Shown: one piece after another, positions 20,767-31,323 of the stretch
Numbering within the stretch: the stretch's first letter is position 1
Layout of the letters: every line of letters begins with the position of its first letter
DNA from: an uncultured Nitrososphaerota archaeon
Lineage (GTDB): Archaea > Thermoproteota > Nitrososphaeria > Nitrososphaerales > CADDZS01
Assembly: GCA_963799845.1 (NCBI GenBank)
Contig: CAWCYI010000006.1
Span: 1,152,001-1,216,000 of the forward strand
Length of the DNA stretch: 64,000 nt
Direction of reading: 5' to 3'
Notes under the pieces: model-generated
Database searches by the model: none
Seen by the model: only the letters and a program-made list of their open reading frames with translations
What the model was told of the DNA's origin: nothing
Position numbers and translations under genes: made by a program

Positions 20767-21240
20767 GTGGCACATATGAATCAAAAAGGAGCTTCTGTTC
20801 CGGCTTACCGGAAATCGAGCTGGGTAATATTACACGTCGCGAATCCGTTGACCCGCTTTTTCGTGGGAAGGCTTGGCATGGGAGCTTCTAGCGGAGTGCG
20901 AATTCTCGAAGTCAAGGGAAGGAAAAGCGGCGTCTGGCATGCCACCCCAATCAGATTGCTTGAGCTCGACAGCAAAAGATATCTTGTTGCACTGCAGGGA
21001 GAAACATACTGGGTTAGAAATCTAAGGGTCCAGGGGAGTGGGCAACTCAAAATTGGTGGTAAAGTGACGGACTTTAGGGCGATTGAACTCCCGAACGAAG
21101 AAAAATCGCCAATCCTTAGGGCATATTTGAAACGATGGTGGCCTGTATGCAAAGGGCTCACTACAATAAAGTCTCCGGATGCTCCCGACGAAGAATTCGC
21201 GAGCGCAGCCCCGTTGCACCCAGTGTTTGAGCTAAAGTAG
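20767..21240 (+). CDS. Deazaflavin (F420H2)-dependent nitroreductase family protein (DUF385-like)
   Basis: GRKSG..H.TP, WVRNLR and C-terminal HPVFEL. Confidence 0.85.
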   Translation: MAHMNQKGASVPAYRKSSWVILHVANPLTRFFVGRLGMGASSGVRILEVKGRKSGVWHATPIRLLELDSKRYLVALQGETYWVRNLRVQGSGQLKIGGKVTDFRAIELPNEEKSPILRAYLKRWWPVCKGLTTIKSPDAPDEEFASAAPLHPVFELK

Positions 21241-21302
21241 GAACTTCGGGATTCATCGAGGAATCTCATATCTGATGATCGTCTACGGACCTTAAATGAG
21301 GC

Positions 21303-21830
21303 GTGAGCTGTTATCCATTATTGGTGGCTATTCGAATGCAAGCTGAATCTCGAGCCCAAACTCAAAGGCGAGGGAGGAATAACGAAATACTGAGCATTCC
21401 TCAGCGGTTTGGAGAGATGGTATCAGTCGCAGTTGTCTTACTTATACTCGGCTTCTACCTTTACCATCAATTTGCTAATACCGGCTTCTTCACTACCAAA
21501 TTTGGAGGATGGGAAATGTTCGCATTTTACGGCTCAGTGGTCCTATCGTTTCTTCCACCGCTTGCGAGAGCTTTCATAGGTCGTAGAAATCCTGTCCGGC
21601 CATTGGAGGTATTCTGCAACATCTTTTTCGCGTTCGCATCACTTGGGCTTTTGATAGTCTTTCCATTCAACTTCGGGCATTTCACGGCTGCATTGCCTGA
21701 CGGGCTTCGTTTCTTGTTATCCTGGGTAACAAACGATATGGCCAGGGCAGTACTTCTGCTAGCGTTTTTTGGTGGGCTTGCCTCGGCAGCTTACAACATT
21801 GTCAGATACCAGTCTTTTCGTCGCAGTTAG
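21303..21830 (+). CDS. Hypothetical membrane protein
   Basis: About 4 hydrophobic segments; GFFT..FG and VFPFNF. Confidence 0.7.
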   Translation: MSCYPLLVAIRMQAESRAQTQRRGRNNEILSIPQRFGEMVSVAVVLLILGFYLYHQFANTGFFTTKFGGWEMFAFYGSVVLSFLPPLARAFIGRRNPVRPLEVFCNIFFAFASLGLLIVFPFNFGHFTAALPDGLRFLLSWVTNDMARAVLLLAFFGGLASAAYNIVRYQSFRRS

Positions 21831-21910
21831 TTTAATGAATTAATTCGACTGACGTGCAGATCCCTCTTCAAGTATACTGCTGAGCTCACCTATCAGTTGG
21901 CACTTCATTG

Positions 21911-22282
21911 TTAATCATATTCCTTCTTCACCGAGTCAAAGCAGGACCACGTTCCGCGGTGGCAGGCGACGCCAATTTGATCAACCAGATACAGAATCGT
22001 ATCTTTGTCGCAATCGGTGTCGATTTTCTTGATCGTTTGCAGATTTCCCGATGTTTCGCCCTTCTTCCACAAGGACGAACGTGACCTGCTCCAGTAGTGC
22101 GCCATTCCGGTCGAGAAAGAAAGTGAGAGAGCTTCTTTGTTTGCATACGCAAGCATCAGGACATCCTTGGTCTCGCTGTCCTGTACTATGACTGGCACGA
22201 TCCCTCCTCCTTTCGCGAAATCGATCCCCTCGATGAGCTCGGCTGTACTTTTTTGTTGTTTTTCCATTTCTGACATGTTCAA
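21911..22282 (-). CDS. hisI: Phosphoribosyl-AMP cyclohydrolase
   Basis: [21 protein letters not shown] and ACHRG..SCF. Confidence 0.96.
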   Translation of the reverse strand: MNMSEMEKQQKSTAELIEGIDFAKGGGIVPVIVQDSETKDVLMLAYANKEALSLSFSTGMAHYWSRSRSSLWKKGETSGNLQTIKKIDTDCDKDTILYLVDQIGVACHRGTWSCFDSVKKEYD

Positions 22283-23049
22283 AACCTAACCCTAACTCCT
22301 ACGCCCCTGAGATACTCTTTCACCTCACCTACGGTCGATTCCCCGTAGTGAAAAATCGAAGCCGCAAGAGCTGCATCCGCCGCATTTGGCCCCTTCAGGA
22401 TTTTTGCAAAGTCGGAAATTTTCCCACAGCCGCCACTTGCTATGACGGGCACTGTGGTCTTCGAAACAACTGCCCTCGTCATTTCAGTATCGTAACCAAG
22501 CTTCGTTCCGTCCCTGTCAATTGAAGTAAGTAAAATCTCACCCGCTCCCTTCTGCTCCGCCTCCCTTGCCCACCAAATTGCATCAATGCCGGTGTCCAAT
22601 TTTCCTCCATACGTGCATACGGTAAGACCTGAATCTGTGGCGTTACTTCTTTTCGCATCTATCGCGACCACCACGCATTGCGCGCCGAAAATATCTGAAA
22701 GCTCGCTCACAAGCGATGGATTTTCAACCGCGCTCGTGTTGACGCTCACCTTGTCCGCGCCATTCGATAGAACGGTTCGCGCATCTTCGATTGAAGATAT
22801 CCCGCCACCGATAGTAAAGGGGATGTCGAGCTCTTTGGCGACCTTTCTGACAAGATCTACTCTTGTCTTTCGTTTCTCCTCTGAAGCCGAGATGTCCAGA
22901 AACAGCAGCTCGTCGGCACCGTCGTCGCGATATTTTCCTGCAAGCTCTACAGGGTCGCCCGCAAGTTTCAGGGATACAAAGTTCGTCCCCTTTACCACTT
23001 TGCCTTCCTTGACGTCCAGGCAGGGAATGATCCTCTTTGCGAGCGGCAT
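22279..23049 (-). CDS. hisF: Imidazole glycerol phosphate synthase cyclase subunit
   Basis: [26 protein letters not shown] and ALAASIFH. Confidence 0.97.
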   Translation of the reverse strand: MPLAKRIIPCLDVKEGKVVKGTNFVSLKLAGDPVELAGKYRDDGADELLFLDISASEEKRKTRVDLVRKVAKELDIPFTIGGGISSIEDARTVLSNGADKVSVNTSAVENPSLVSELSDIFGAQCVVVAIDAKRSNATDSGLTVCTYGGKLDTGIDAIWWAREAEQKGAGEILLTSIDRDGTKLGYDTEMTRAVVSKTTVPVIASGGCGKISDFAKILKGPNAADAALAASIFHYGESTVGEVKEYLRGVGVRVRF

Positions 23050-23793
23050 CTATGGTTTCGCCCATTGCATTTGTCCAAGAATCGATATGGGGATTGTTTC
23101 TTCGTAGAATCCCTTGCCGATTATCGCCTCATCGATTCCTATGTTCGATAGTTTCGAAATGTCTTCAATGGTCGTTACTCCGCCGCTTGCGATGATCTTA
23201 CCTTCATCGCCCATTGCGCTTCTGAAATTCTCTAGATTCTCAATGTCAGGGCCTTTCATCATTCCGTCTCGATCAATCGAGGTCATCAGGAAATTTGTAA
23301 AGCCGAGTCTCGAAAACCTTGAGATTGCCCTTAGGGCAGACTCTCTTTCCGCTTTAGTCCAGCCCGATGTCTTGATATTGCCGACACTATCGTAATCAAG
23401 TGCGAGTACTAACTTGTTTTCGCCTAGCGACTTTAGAATTTCAATCGCAATTTCCGGCGCCGAATATGCGATGGAGCCGACGACGATTTTCGCCGCTCCT
23501 CGATCGATTAGGGATCTTGCATTGGTGATGCTCCTTATTCCTCCGGCGATTTGAAACTTGACTGAATCTCCCAGATCTGTTAGCAATCTATCTATCGTTT
23601 TTTCATTCCTTTTTGGATCGGATTTCACAGCCGCGTCCAGATCAACAACATGTATTATCGCCGCACCGCTTGCAACGAACTTTTTGGCAGTTTCAACTGG
23701 GTTGTCGGAATAAACATGCACGCGATTCAGATCTCCTTGTTGTACTCTTACAACTTGCCCGTCAAGCAGATCTATTGCTGGCACCAAGATCAT
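23050..23793 (-). CDS. hisA: ProFAR isomerase
   Basis: PAIDLLDGQVVR, HVVDLD, GGIRS, DRDGM and IASGGV. Confidence 0.95.
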   Translation of the reverse strand: MILVPAIDLLDGQVVRVQQGDLNRVHVYSDNPVETAKKFVASGAAIIHVVDLDAAVKSDPKRNEKTIDRLLTDLGDSVKFQIAGGIRSITNARSLIDRGAAKIVVGSIAYSAPEIAIEILKSLGENKLVLALDYDSVGNIKTSGWTKAERESALRAISRFSRLGFTNFLMTSIDRDGMMKGPDIENLENFRSAMGDEGKIIASGGVTTIEDISKLSNIGIDEAIIGKGFYEETIPISILGQMQWAKP

Positions 23794-23800
23794 TTAGAGA

Positions 23801-24445
23801 TCAGCACTTTGAATATGACAGGACGGACTTTGCAAAGTTGGAAATCAACTGAAGCCCAAACTCTCCCGACTTTTCTGGATGGTACTGAGTCCCGCATACA
23901 TTCCCCTCCTGCACGATCGAAGGGAATGTGCAATTCCCGTACGAAGTTTCCCCCAATACAATCCCTTTGTCATCAAGTCGAGGATAGTACGAATGAGCAA
24001 AGTATGCCCAATCTTTCGACTTCAAGTCAGCGACAAGTCCTGCTTTCGAAGACGGGAGAACCAGATTTACCTTATTCCAGCCCATGTGCGGAACTTTCAC
24101 TCCGTGTCCTTTGTTGAAACGGACAACCTCCCCTGAGAATAGTCGCAGACCTTTTCCCTCGCCTTCTTCGCTTTTCTCAAACATCAGCTGCATTCCAAGA
24201 CAAATTCCGAGAATCGGCATTTTCTCCTTCTGGACATCGTTGAGAATATCATCCCGGCATTCGCCCAAGACCTCCTGGGCGGATGTGAAACTGCCCACTC
24301 CCGGAAGAATCAATCCGTCAGCCCTACCCGCCTCATACTTTGGGGAAATTCTTACGGTACTTCGACCAGAAACCTTCGCAAGGGAATTGCGTATGCTAAA
24401 TAAATTACCAGAACCATAGTCCAGAATCTGAATCAGGGCGCGCAT
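23801..24445 (-). CDS. hisH: Imidazole glycerol phosphate synthase glutaminase subunit
   Basis: Start ATG at 24445 (MRALIQILDYGSGN); LPGVG, GICLGMQ, PHMGWN and QYHPEKS. Confidence 0.95.
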   Translation of the reverse strand: MRALIQILDYGSGNLFSIRNSLAKVSGRSTVRISPKYEAGRADGLILPGVGSFTSAQEVLGECRDDILNDVQKEKMPILGICLGMQLMFEKSEEGEGKGLRLFSGEVVRFNKGHGVKVPHMGWNKVNLVLPSSKAGLVADLKSKDWAYFAHSYYPRLDDKGIVLGETSYGNCTFPSIVQEGNVCGTQYHPEKSGEFGLQLISNFAKSVLSYSKC

Positions 24446-24446
24446 G

Positions 24447-25028
24447 TCACATCGAACCTTTCGAGCTTGGTATCGTTTCCCGTCGAGGGTCTTTCTCCGC
24501 CGCGGATCGAAGCGCGAGTGCGAGAGCCTTGAAGCATGCCTCGATCTTGTGATGGTCGTTGGTGCCGTATTCAACTCTGATGTGCATCGTGCACTGGATC
24601 GAATCGCAGAGCGAGGCAAAAAAATGGGCCGCGTCTTCCCTCGGTAAATCTTCTACGGAGTTTCTCCTGATTTCGAAATTGGAGAGGACAAAGTATCGGC
24701 GCTTCACGAGGTCCACTGAGGCGAATGCGAGCGTCTCATCCATCGGGACGAACGCGCTTCCGAATCTCCTTATTCCCATCCTGTCGCCGAGAGCACCTGA
24801 GATGCACTTTCCCAGTGCGAGCGCGGAATCCTCGACGATGTGGTGCTTCAGGTCTCCGACTGCTCGAATCTCGATGTCAAATAGACTGTGAGTGGAAAAA
24901 GCCGAAATCATGTGATCGAGGAACTTTGTTCCTGTCGAAATATCGTTTTTCCCGGTTCCATCCAGATTTACGTAAACTTGGATCTGAGTTTCTTTCGTCT
25001 TGGTCTCGATGCGGGCTGATCTCTTCAA
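24447..25028 (-). CDS. hisB: Imidazoleglycerol-phosphate dehydratase
   Basis: TKET, FLDHM, HHIVED, PMDE and NDHHKIEACFKA. Confidence 0.96.
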   Translation of the reverse strand: MKRSARIETKTKETQIQVYVNLDGTGKNDISTGTKFLDHMISAFSTHSLFDIEIRAVGDLKHHIVEDSALALGKCISGALGDRMGIRRFGSAFVPMDETLAFASVDLVKRRYFVLSNFEIRRNSVEDLPREDAAHFFASLCDSIQCTMHIRVEYGTNDHHKIEACFKALALALRSAAEKDPRRETIPSSKGSM

Positions 25029-25029
25029 A

Positions 25030-26127
25030 TCAAAGTATCCTCCTCAGTGCGTAGAGAAGTTTTCGATTAGCTTCCATAGATCCAACAGTTATCCGGAGAA
25101 ATCCCTTCTCCCGTCCCAGCTCTGGAAAATATTTTAGTGCGATGGCGTACTTTGATAACAACTCTTCCGCGATCTCTTTCGCGTTGTTCGCCTGAACAAG
25201 AATGAAATTTGTGTCCGACTTTGGAATGACTCTAATTGAATCAAGTTTCTGCAGGGAAGCTATCAGCTCCTCGCGAAATTTCTTTGTCTTTTGCGCCCAT
25301 TCCAGTACGACATCCTTTCGCCTCAGCAGTTCTATCGCCATTGCGATCGATAGCCCGGTGACAGGATACGGATACTGAACGTCATTGTTGAATCTCTTGA
25401 TGAATTCAGCGTCGGAAGACAGGATATACCCGAGCCGCAGAGAAGCAAGGCCGAAAGCCTTTGAGAAAGTCCGCAGGATCACTAGGTTCTTGTGCGATTT
25501 CATTAGGCGTTTTGTGGCGTCGTACTTGGCGTACTCAACGTAGGCTTCGTCCAGCATGACGGTCTTGTTCGGCGAAGTATCAAGAATATCTTCAACCGTC
25601 TCGATTGGAAACTGGTTTCCCGTGGGGTTGTTTGGCGAAACGAGGGCCAGCAACTTCGCGTTGCTTTTGTGCCACGCATCCTTGACATCACCAATAGGAA
25701 GCGAAAACGGTTCTTCTGCAGTTGAGAGATTTAGCCAGAGTTCCCTGAATTTGGAGCCCTGTCTTCTCGCGAAGATCGAGTACATCGAGAAGGTCGGTGA
25801 TACTATCAGGAGTACGTCGGAGGGCTTTGGAAGTTTCATCCTGAACAAGAGGTCGATGAGCTGATCTCCTCCCACGCCTATTGCAACCGAGCTTGACGAA
25901 CAACCGCAGTACTTCGCGATCTCCTGGTTAAGGACAAGAGAATCTCCTTCATCGATTGCAGGCGGGTATATCCGAGGATCGTACTCGTCTACGCATTTGG
26001 CGAGTATCGACCGCATCAGGTTCTTGGGGAACACGATATTCTCGTTTAGATTCATTCGTTGAAGGTTCTGCTGGAAATAATTGATATTGAAAAGGGACTG
26101 CGTATATCCGAGATCTGATGTGTTCAT
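25030..26127 (-). CDS. hisC: Histidinol-phosphate aminotransferase
   Basis: NEN, SPNNPTG, DEAY and RTFSKAFGLASLRLGY; position within the his operon. Confidence 0.92.
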   Translation of the reverse strand: MNTSDLGYTQSLFNINYFQQNLQRMNLNENIVFPKNLMRSILAKCVDEYDPRIYPPAIDEGDSLVLNQEIAKYCGCSSSSVAIGVGGDQLIDLLFRMKLPKPSDVLLIVSPTFSMYSIFARRQGSKFRELWLNLSTAEEPFSLPIGDVKDAWHKSNAKLLALVSPNNPTGNQFPIETVEDILDTSPNKTVMLDEAYVEYAKYDATKRLMKSHKNLVILRTFSKAFGLASLRLGYILSSDAEFIKRFNNDVQYPYPVTGLSIAMAIELLRRKDVVLEWAQKTKKFREELIASLQKLDSIRVIPKSDTNFILVQANNAKEIAEELLSKYAIALKYFPELGREKGFLRITVGSMEANRKLLYALRRIL

Positions 26128-27440
26128 TGATTTTTTCTCCCACTCTTACTGAATCTCGATAGAGGGGCAGATGCGTGGTTGGGAAATCCCTCCAGATTTG
26201 CTAACCTTGAGACAAACTTCGAGCCGGCGTATAGAGAATTTTTGCTCCCAGCAACCGTAGTACATCTTTTCAGGAATCTTTCGACGCCCAGGCCCGGATA
26301 AAATCTGGCAGTGCCCCCCGTGGGCAGGATGTGGTTTGTCCCCACGATGTAATCTGAAGATGCACACGGTGCGTAATCCCCGAGGAGGATGAGTCCGGCA
26401 TTCGACAATTTTTCGGCACTGCGTTTCGGATTCTTCATCATAACTTCGAGATGTTCCGGCGCAAGTTTCTGCGAGAATTCTATCAAAAGATCTTTAGATC
26501 GCGCATAGACGCAGAATAAAATTGATCGAGAAATGTGTTCCTGTCTAGGTCGTTTAACCTCGTTGGATAGAATCTGTCTGACCGAATTGATCGTTTCTCT
26601 GGAATTGCTGGCAAGGCCGCAGATGGTGCGGTTTCCGTGTTCGGCCTGCGAGATCAGATCCTCGGCGATGTACTCAGGCTTGGCAGACTCATCGGCGACG
26701 ATTAGAAGCTCGGTGGGACCTGCGAGGCTGTCGATGAGGACGTTCTCGGATGAGCTGATCTGTTTTTTCGCCTCCGCGACGTATTCGTTTCCGGGCCCGA
26801 CTATCAAGTGAACTTTTCTGACCTGCGAAGTACCCACTGCCATGGCAGCTATAGCCTGAGCGCCGCCTAACTTGAATATCTCGGTCGCTCCGCCTAAAGA
26901 TGCTGCAACAAGCACGGAATCTGGCAGATTTCCATCACTCTTGGGAGGAGTCGCGAGGACGATCTCTTTCACCCCCGCTTCTTTGGCGGGCACGCATATC
27001 ATCAAGACGGTGCTCGGATACGCCGCGAGCCCACCTGGAACGTATCCTCCGATCCGATTGAAGGGCGAATATTTTTCAGTTATCAAAAATCCAAGTGGAG
27101 ACCGAAATTTGGTTTCCCGGAAACGCGACATTTGATTTTTTGAAAATATCCCAATCTGCTGGGCCGCCATCTTTAGGGCGCTAAGAGACGGAGGATCTAT
27201 TCTCGAGAATGCTCTTTGAATTTCCTCTCTAGTAACTACAAGATCTTTAGTTCGGGAAACGTTAGCAGAGTCGAATTTCCTTGTCAGCCTGAGGAGCTCT
27301 TCATCGCCCTTCTCTCTGACCAGACTTATGATCTCGGAGACCCGGGATGATATTTCGCTGGAATCCTTGCTGCTTCTGAGATCAGATACAACCCTACTGA
27401 CGCCCTCTATGTTCTCTACTTCGTACTCCCGAACGTTCAA
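26124..27440 (-). CDS. hisD: Histidinol dehydrogenase
   Basis: [32 protein letters not shown] and NHILPT. Confidence 0.96.
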   Translation of the reverse strand: MNVREYEVENIEGVSRVVSDLRSSKDSSEISSRVSEIISLVREKGDEELLRLTRKFDSANVSRTKDLVVTREEIQRAFSRIDPPSLSALKMAAQQIGIFSKNQMSRFRETKFRSPLGFLITEKYSPFNRIGGYVPGGLAAYPSTVLMICVPAKEAGVKEIVLATPPKSDGNLPDSVLVAASLGGATEIFKLGGAQAIAAMAVGTSQVRKVHLIVGPGNEYVAEAKKQISSSENVLIDSLAGPTELLIVADESAKPEYIAEDLISQAEHGNRTICGLASNSRETINSVRQILSNEVKRPRQEHISRSILFCVYARSKDLLIEFSQKLAPEHLEVMMKNPKRSAEKLSNAGLILLGDYAPCASSDYIVGTNHILPTGGTARFYPGLGVERFLKRCTTVAGSKNSLYAGSKFVSRLANLEGFPNHASAPLSRFSKSGRKNQ

Positions 27441-27473
27441 ACCGACACCCCTGCCAGCCCTTGCTAAAAGCTT

Positions 27474-28469
27474 CTATCGAGATTCGTTACCGAACGATTC
27501 AATTTCTTCAAGCGGCAGTATCTGACGTGGCTCGTGCACGACCAATCCCTGGGACAGTTTCCTCAGAGTAGGCACCGCCTTGATCAAGTACTCCTTGTCG
27601 ATTATCGTATTGACCGAGTACCAGTTTTCGTCTGACAGCTTGCTGATGGTCGGATTCTTCAGGGCAGGCAGCGTCTTTAGTAATTTTTCGAGATTGTTTT
27701 TGTGGACGTTCACGAAAATGTGGAGCTTCTTGGAACCTTCAACAGCCCCCCTCAGCATTGACATTATGTCCAGAATCTTTTCTCGCTTTTGGGGATCCTC
27801 GAGCGCTTCGGGCGACCCAACCAGATGCGCGGTTGAATGCAGTAGGGTCTCGATCGGCACCAGACCGTTCTGTTCAAGAGTAGTTCCAGTTTCGACGACG
27901 TCCATTATCGCATCCGCGTCCTCGGGCGGCTTCGCCTCGGTCGCCCCGAATGACAAGTAAATACACGCTAGATCGTTGTCGCCCTTCGTCCACCAGGGAG
28001 TAATTTGCTTGGGAGTCTTCTTTCCAAAGAATTCGGAATAGAAGGGAAGGGACGTGAGATAGTTAGAAGCGATGTTCAGGTACTCCGTTGAAATCCTCAG
28101 TTTCTTGGAATTATTCCAGTAGCTCTTGCAAATTTCCGGGAAGCTTTTGACAGCCATAGGCTTCGGGACAGCCATGACAAGATTGACCGCGCCGTATTCA
28201 AGGTCAAGCAGGTTTACGATGTTTGCCCCTGTTTCTTTGATCCAGTCAGAACCCGTGATTCCAAGGTCCTGATCGTCCTCGGCTACAAACTGGGATATTT
28301 CCTGAGGACGAAGTATTTTGACCTCTATTTCCGAATCGTTGATCTTCGGGCGGTAAGTCCTGTCCTGGCCCCTGATTTTGTACCCGGCTCTTTCAAAGAA
28401 GGCAAAAGTTGCTTTCTCCAGCGAACCCTTTGGTAGGGCGAGTTTGATCAGCTTTCCGTCTGAACTCAT
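27474..28469 (-). CDS. hisG: ATP phosphoribosyltransferase (long form)
   Basis: ALPKGSL, DLGITG.D, SFGATEAK..DAI.DVVETGTTL and a C-terminal regulatory domain. Confidence 0.96.
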   Translation of the reverse strand: MSSDGKLIKLALPKGSLEKATFAFFERAGYKIRGQDRTYRPKINDSEIEVKILRPQEISQFVAEDDQDLGITGSDWIKETGANIVNLLDLEYGAVNLVMAVPKPMAVKSFPEICKSYWNNSKKLRISTEYLNIASNYLTSLPFYSEFFGKKTPKQITPWWTKGDNDLACIYLSFGATEAKPPEDADAIMDVVETGTTLEQNGLVPIETLLHSTAHLVGSPEALEDPQKREKILDIMSMLRGAVEGSKKLHIFVNVHKNNLEKLLKTLPALKNPTISKLSDENWYSVNTIIDKEYLIKAVPTLRKLSQGLVVHEPRQILPLEEIESFGNESR

Positions 28470-28725
28470 TTACTTTTCCCTCCCATGTTTCGAATGAGAT
28501 TTTTGGAAGGACAGAAAAGATTCTGGTACGCGATTGAGCTATTCAGGAGGACGAAGGTTAGGAGTGAGGATTTGGTTCGCTTTTTACTCAAGCGATTGAT
28601 GAAGGCAAACACCGTCGATGAAGACAGTCACCTTTGGACAACATTTTCCACCAAAACTCTTCGTAGAAAATACACTATTAAACATTGTTTCGGCGTTGTA
28701 GTAAAAGTTCCGCGATTCCCGCGAA

Positions 28726-29370
28726 CTAGCTTGAAAAATCAATGCCAAATTCATAGACATTCATTGTAGTTTCTTCGTTTGTGATTGTGAAATACATTGA
28801 CCCACCCGATGCAATGTTTCCGGTGTAATTTATTCTTGTTCCAGATTCGGTGAAAACTGTTGTGCCGTTTTCCACGATTACTATGGAAACGCTCTGACTT
28901 GCGTTAATGGAGACCACATATTGACCCACCAGCTGGGGCGAACTGAATGCTGAACCCAATACGTTTTGCTTTATCGATTGATTTGGTTGAAGGTTGGCAG
29001 AGCATTCGAAGTAGATTGAATTGATGAAGGTGATATTGTCATCATAATTATTGACAAAACAAAGGTTGCTAACGGATGATTTCGAAACGGTCGTTTCTGT
29101 TGAAGTAGACATAGATGAAGTAGATGTCGCGGTTGTAACAGTAGCCGAACTAGTAGCTGAGCCCGTAGCCGAACTCGATGTCAAACTGCTAGCCGAACTT
29201 GATGTTGAACCACTCAGACTGGATGAAGTCGCAGGAAGTGTAGTCGTTGAGCTAATGCTCGTTTGACCACCGACGTGAGAATTTTGAAGAGCAAGATAAG
29301 TGCCCACTGTCGCGATAACTATGATCACTACCACAATAATTGTCTTTGTTTTAGTTATCAGGGCGACCAT
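28726..29370 (-). CDS. Membrane-anchored extracellular protein with Ser/Thr-rich linker
   Basis: N-terminal TM helix, S/T linker and a beta-rich C-terminal domain with N-x-S/T sequons. Confidence 0.7.
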   Translation of the reverse strand: MVALITKTKTIIVVVIIVIATVGTYLALQNSHVGGQTSISSTTTLPATSSSLSGSTSSSASSLTSSSATGSATSSATVTTATSTSSMSTSTETTVSKSSVSNLCFVNNYDDNITFINSIYFECSANLQPNQSIKQNVLGSAFSSPQLVGQYVVSINASQSVSIVIVENGTTVFTESGTRINYTGNIASGGSMYFTITNEETTMNVYEFGIDFSS

Positions 29371-29453
29371 TTCCTACGTATACTGTCGGCTTGTATTTTT
29401 GATTCAGCCCCTACAAGCGCTGGCTGGAGCCTTGAACTTTTTCCGATGAAGTC

Positions 29454-29775
29454 TCATTGTTCTTTAAAGTGCGAGCTAAGGTACTCTAGGTCGTCCTCAA
29501 GTCGCCTGTGATTCTCTTTATGGCTCTTGTTCATCACAACCAAAGCGTTGATCTTCTCCACAACCTCTGCATATCCGTATTCATGGACTGCCTTGTTCAG
29601 CGCATCCCTTCTCTTAAGCTGCCCCTCTTCGACCCTGTAGCCCTGTTGTATAAGCGATCCTGCGTGCTTGATTCCAGAGCTAGGATAATCATGATGGCGG
29701 TCTTCCTTCCTCTTCGATCTTTCAGCCTGCCTCTTCTCTCAGCTCCGTCCTGGAATCTCTCTCCTCTTTGCTCAT
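29454..29775 (-). CDS. Small hypothetical protein (about 106 aa) resembling virus-associated DUF5771-like proteins; frameshift at about 29740; not in ORF track
   Basis: Removing one base gives MSKEERDSRTELEKRQAERSKRKEDRHHDYPSSGIKHAGSLIQQGYRVEEGQLKRRDALNKAVHEYGYAEVVEKINALVVMNKSHKENHRRLEDDLEYLSSHFKEQ. Confidence 0.6.
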
Positions 29776-30149
29776 GGATAGCTACTCTCCGGTTGTGAGT
29801 CTCTTGCCAAAAGCCTGTCTGACGTTATTGTTTGGAGCCTCAACTTCTCCACTGGGAAGATGAAGATGGGAACCGTATTTAGACCTTCATTTAGGCAGTG
29901 TCCTGTTTCGTCACCGGTTGGTGGTTACTCTACGGCTCAAGGACGATCTACCAATCAGGGAGTCAAATTTTGGCTATGCAGCTACGGCGTACCATACGAC
30001 ACCATGAGAATACCATCTGCAGTTATATCCTCGTATTTCCAACTTACTCTGCCGTTATCTAATTTCGTTTCATTCACTTTAAGATTCATATAGCTCCCGC
30101 TGCTTCGCTGCTTTAGATCAGTTCACATTGAAGCGTTCTTGATTCGACA

Positions 30150-30878
30150 CTATTTCTTTTGCAGCCCGTCATCAAACTTGATGCTTGCATGGCTTCCGTT
30201 GCAAAAAGGTTTGTTAACGGAGACGCCGCACCGACACAGGGTCACTCTGTTTCTCCTTTCGTACGGGACGCCATCATGCGACTCGAGGGTTATTCCTCCA
30301 CGAACCCAGAGGGGCCCGCTGCAACCAAGCGCAGGATCTTCAACGATGCCAATAGATGGGTTAAGGGGATTTTCGATTGCCTTGTCAGTCTTCTTGTCGT
30401 AAACGACCAAGCGTCCGGCTGGGCAGTGATTTGCTTCTCGTATTGCGAGTTCGCGTGCTTCGGAACCGTCCTGCTCGATTACATTCCAGATCTTGCCTTG
30501 AGGATCGCAGAACCGAGCAAATGCGCAAAGATCTTCTACATCGCTCAACTCCAATGTCGGTCCATCAAAAGTTTCGGCCTGTCTGGCATAGGGGACGCGG
30601 CTCGCAGTTTCCTTTCCATTGAAACCAATCTCAGAGTGAGTGCCATCACAGAAAGGAATGTTTTTTGAATGACCGCAGCGGCAAAGTTTGTAAGTACCTT
30701 TTGTCTCGAACTTTCTGCCTTCAATCCAGTCCCAGGAAAAACCCTCCTTGTTGGGCGTTATGACCTGGATGCTTAGAGGCACATCACCAGAGACGACGTA
30801 GGGCCCATTCTTGCTTACTACAATTTTCATTTTTCCATTAGGTTCAGGCATGCCAGGAGCAGAGGTTACAGATCGCAA
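30150..30878 (-). CDS. CDGSH iron-sulfur protein (two CDGSH domains around a divergent 4Fe-4S domain)
   Basis: LCRCGHSKNIPFCDGTH, LCAFARFC...CPAGRL and LCRCGVSVNKPFCNGSH. The true start is probably a downstream ATG. Confidence 0.9.
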   Translation of the reverse strand: MRSVTSAPGMPEPNGKMKIVVSKNGPYVVSGDVPLSIQVITPNKEGFSWDWIEGRKFETKGTYKLCRCGHSKNIPFCDGTHSEIGFNGKETASRVPYARQAETFDGPTLELSDVEDLCAFARFCDPQGKIWNVIEQDGSEARELAIREANHCPAGRLVVYDKKTDKAIENPLNPSIGIVEDPALGCSGPLWVRGGITLESHDGVPYERRNRVTLCRCGVSVNKPFCNGSHASIKFDDGLQKK

Positions 30879-30976
30879 ATAAAGTAAATGTTAGCTGGAT
30901 ACACATGCTTGCATTCGAATTGAAGACGTTTCCAGAGCTACTTCCACAGTAAGATCTTCAAAAATTATCTTTTGAA

Positions 30977-31278
30977 CTATTGTTTCTGCAGTCCAACATT
31001 GAACAGCAGTTCGTAAGTCCCATCATTCTTCCTTTCTTTTTTCCAGTTTAGTTCATTTATTTTGTAAAGTCCTTTCAGTGCGGTTCCATCATCCGTCAAA
31101 ATTTCAATTTCCTCCGTGTGACCTTCTCTCAGCTTGTACAAATCTTCTTCAGTCTGCTTGAGATCTTTCTCGGATTGTATGCGACCCCTGATCCGATCGA
31201 GCCGCCAGCGTAAGATGTGATCGTATACTGAGCCTGCTCGCTCCTTGCAAACACGACGTTACCGATTTTGACAAACAT
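30977..31278 (-). CDS. Small hypothetical protein (about 100 aa), possible phage tail/GpU-like fold; frameshift at about 31195; not in ORF track
   Basis: Adding one C gives MFVKIGNVVFARSEQAQYTITSYAGGSIRIRGRIQSEKDLKQTEEDLYKLREGHTEEIEILTDDGTALKGLYKINELNWKKERKNDGTYELLFNVGLQKQ. Confidence 0.55.
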
Positions 31279-31323
31279 TCCCGATCGAACTGGATGAAAT
31301 TTGCACGAATAGAGTGCAGCGAT

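Noticed and set aside
28470-28700. Possible His attenuator leader upstream of hisG
   Set aside because: The short minus-strand ORFs (MLSKGDCLHRRCLPSSIA, MTVFIDGVCLHQSLE) each contain only one His codon.
29142-29199. TAGCCGAACT repeated three times at 24-bp spacing (mini-CRISPR-like)
   Set aside because: It encodes the SSA repeats of a Ser/Thr linker inside the 28726-29370 CDS. The repeats are too short and no cas genes are present.
29982-30089. 35-aa minus-strand ORF MNLKVNETKLDNGRVSWKYEDITADGILMVSYGTP
   Set aside because: It looks protein-like but is short, has no motif and has no clear continuation, so it cannot be supported.
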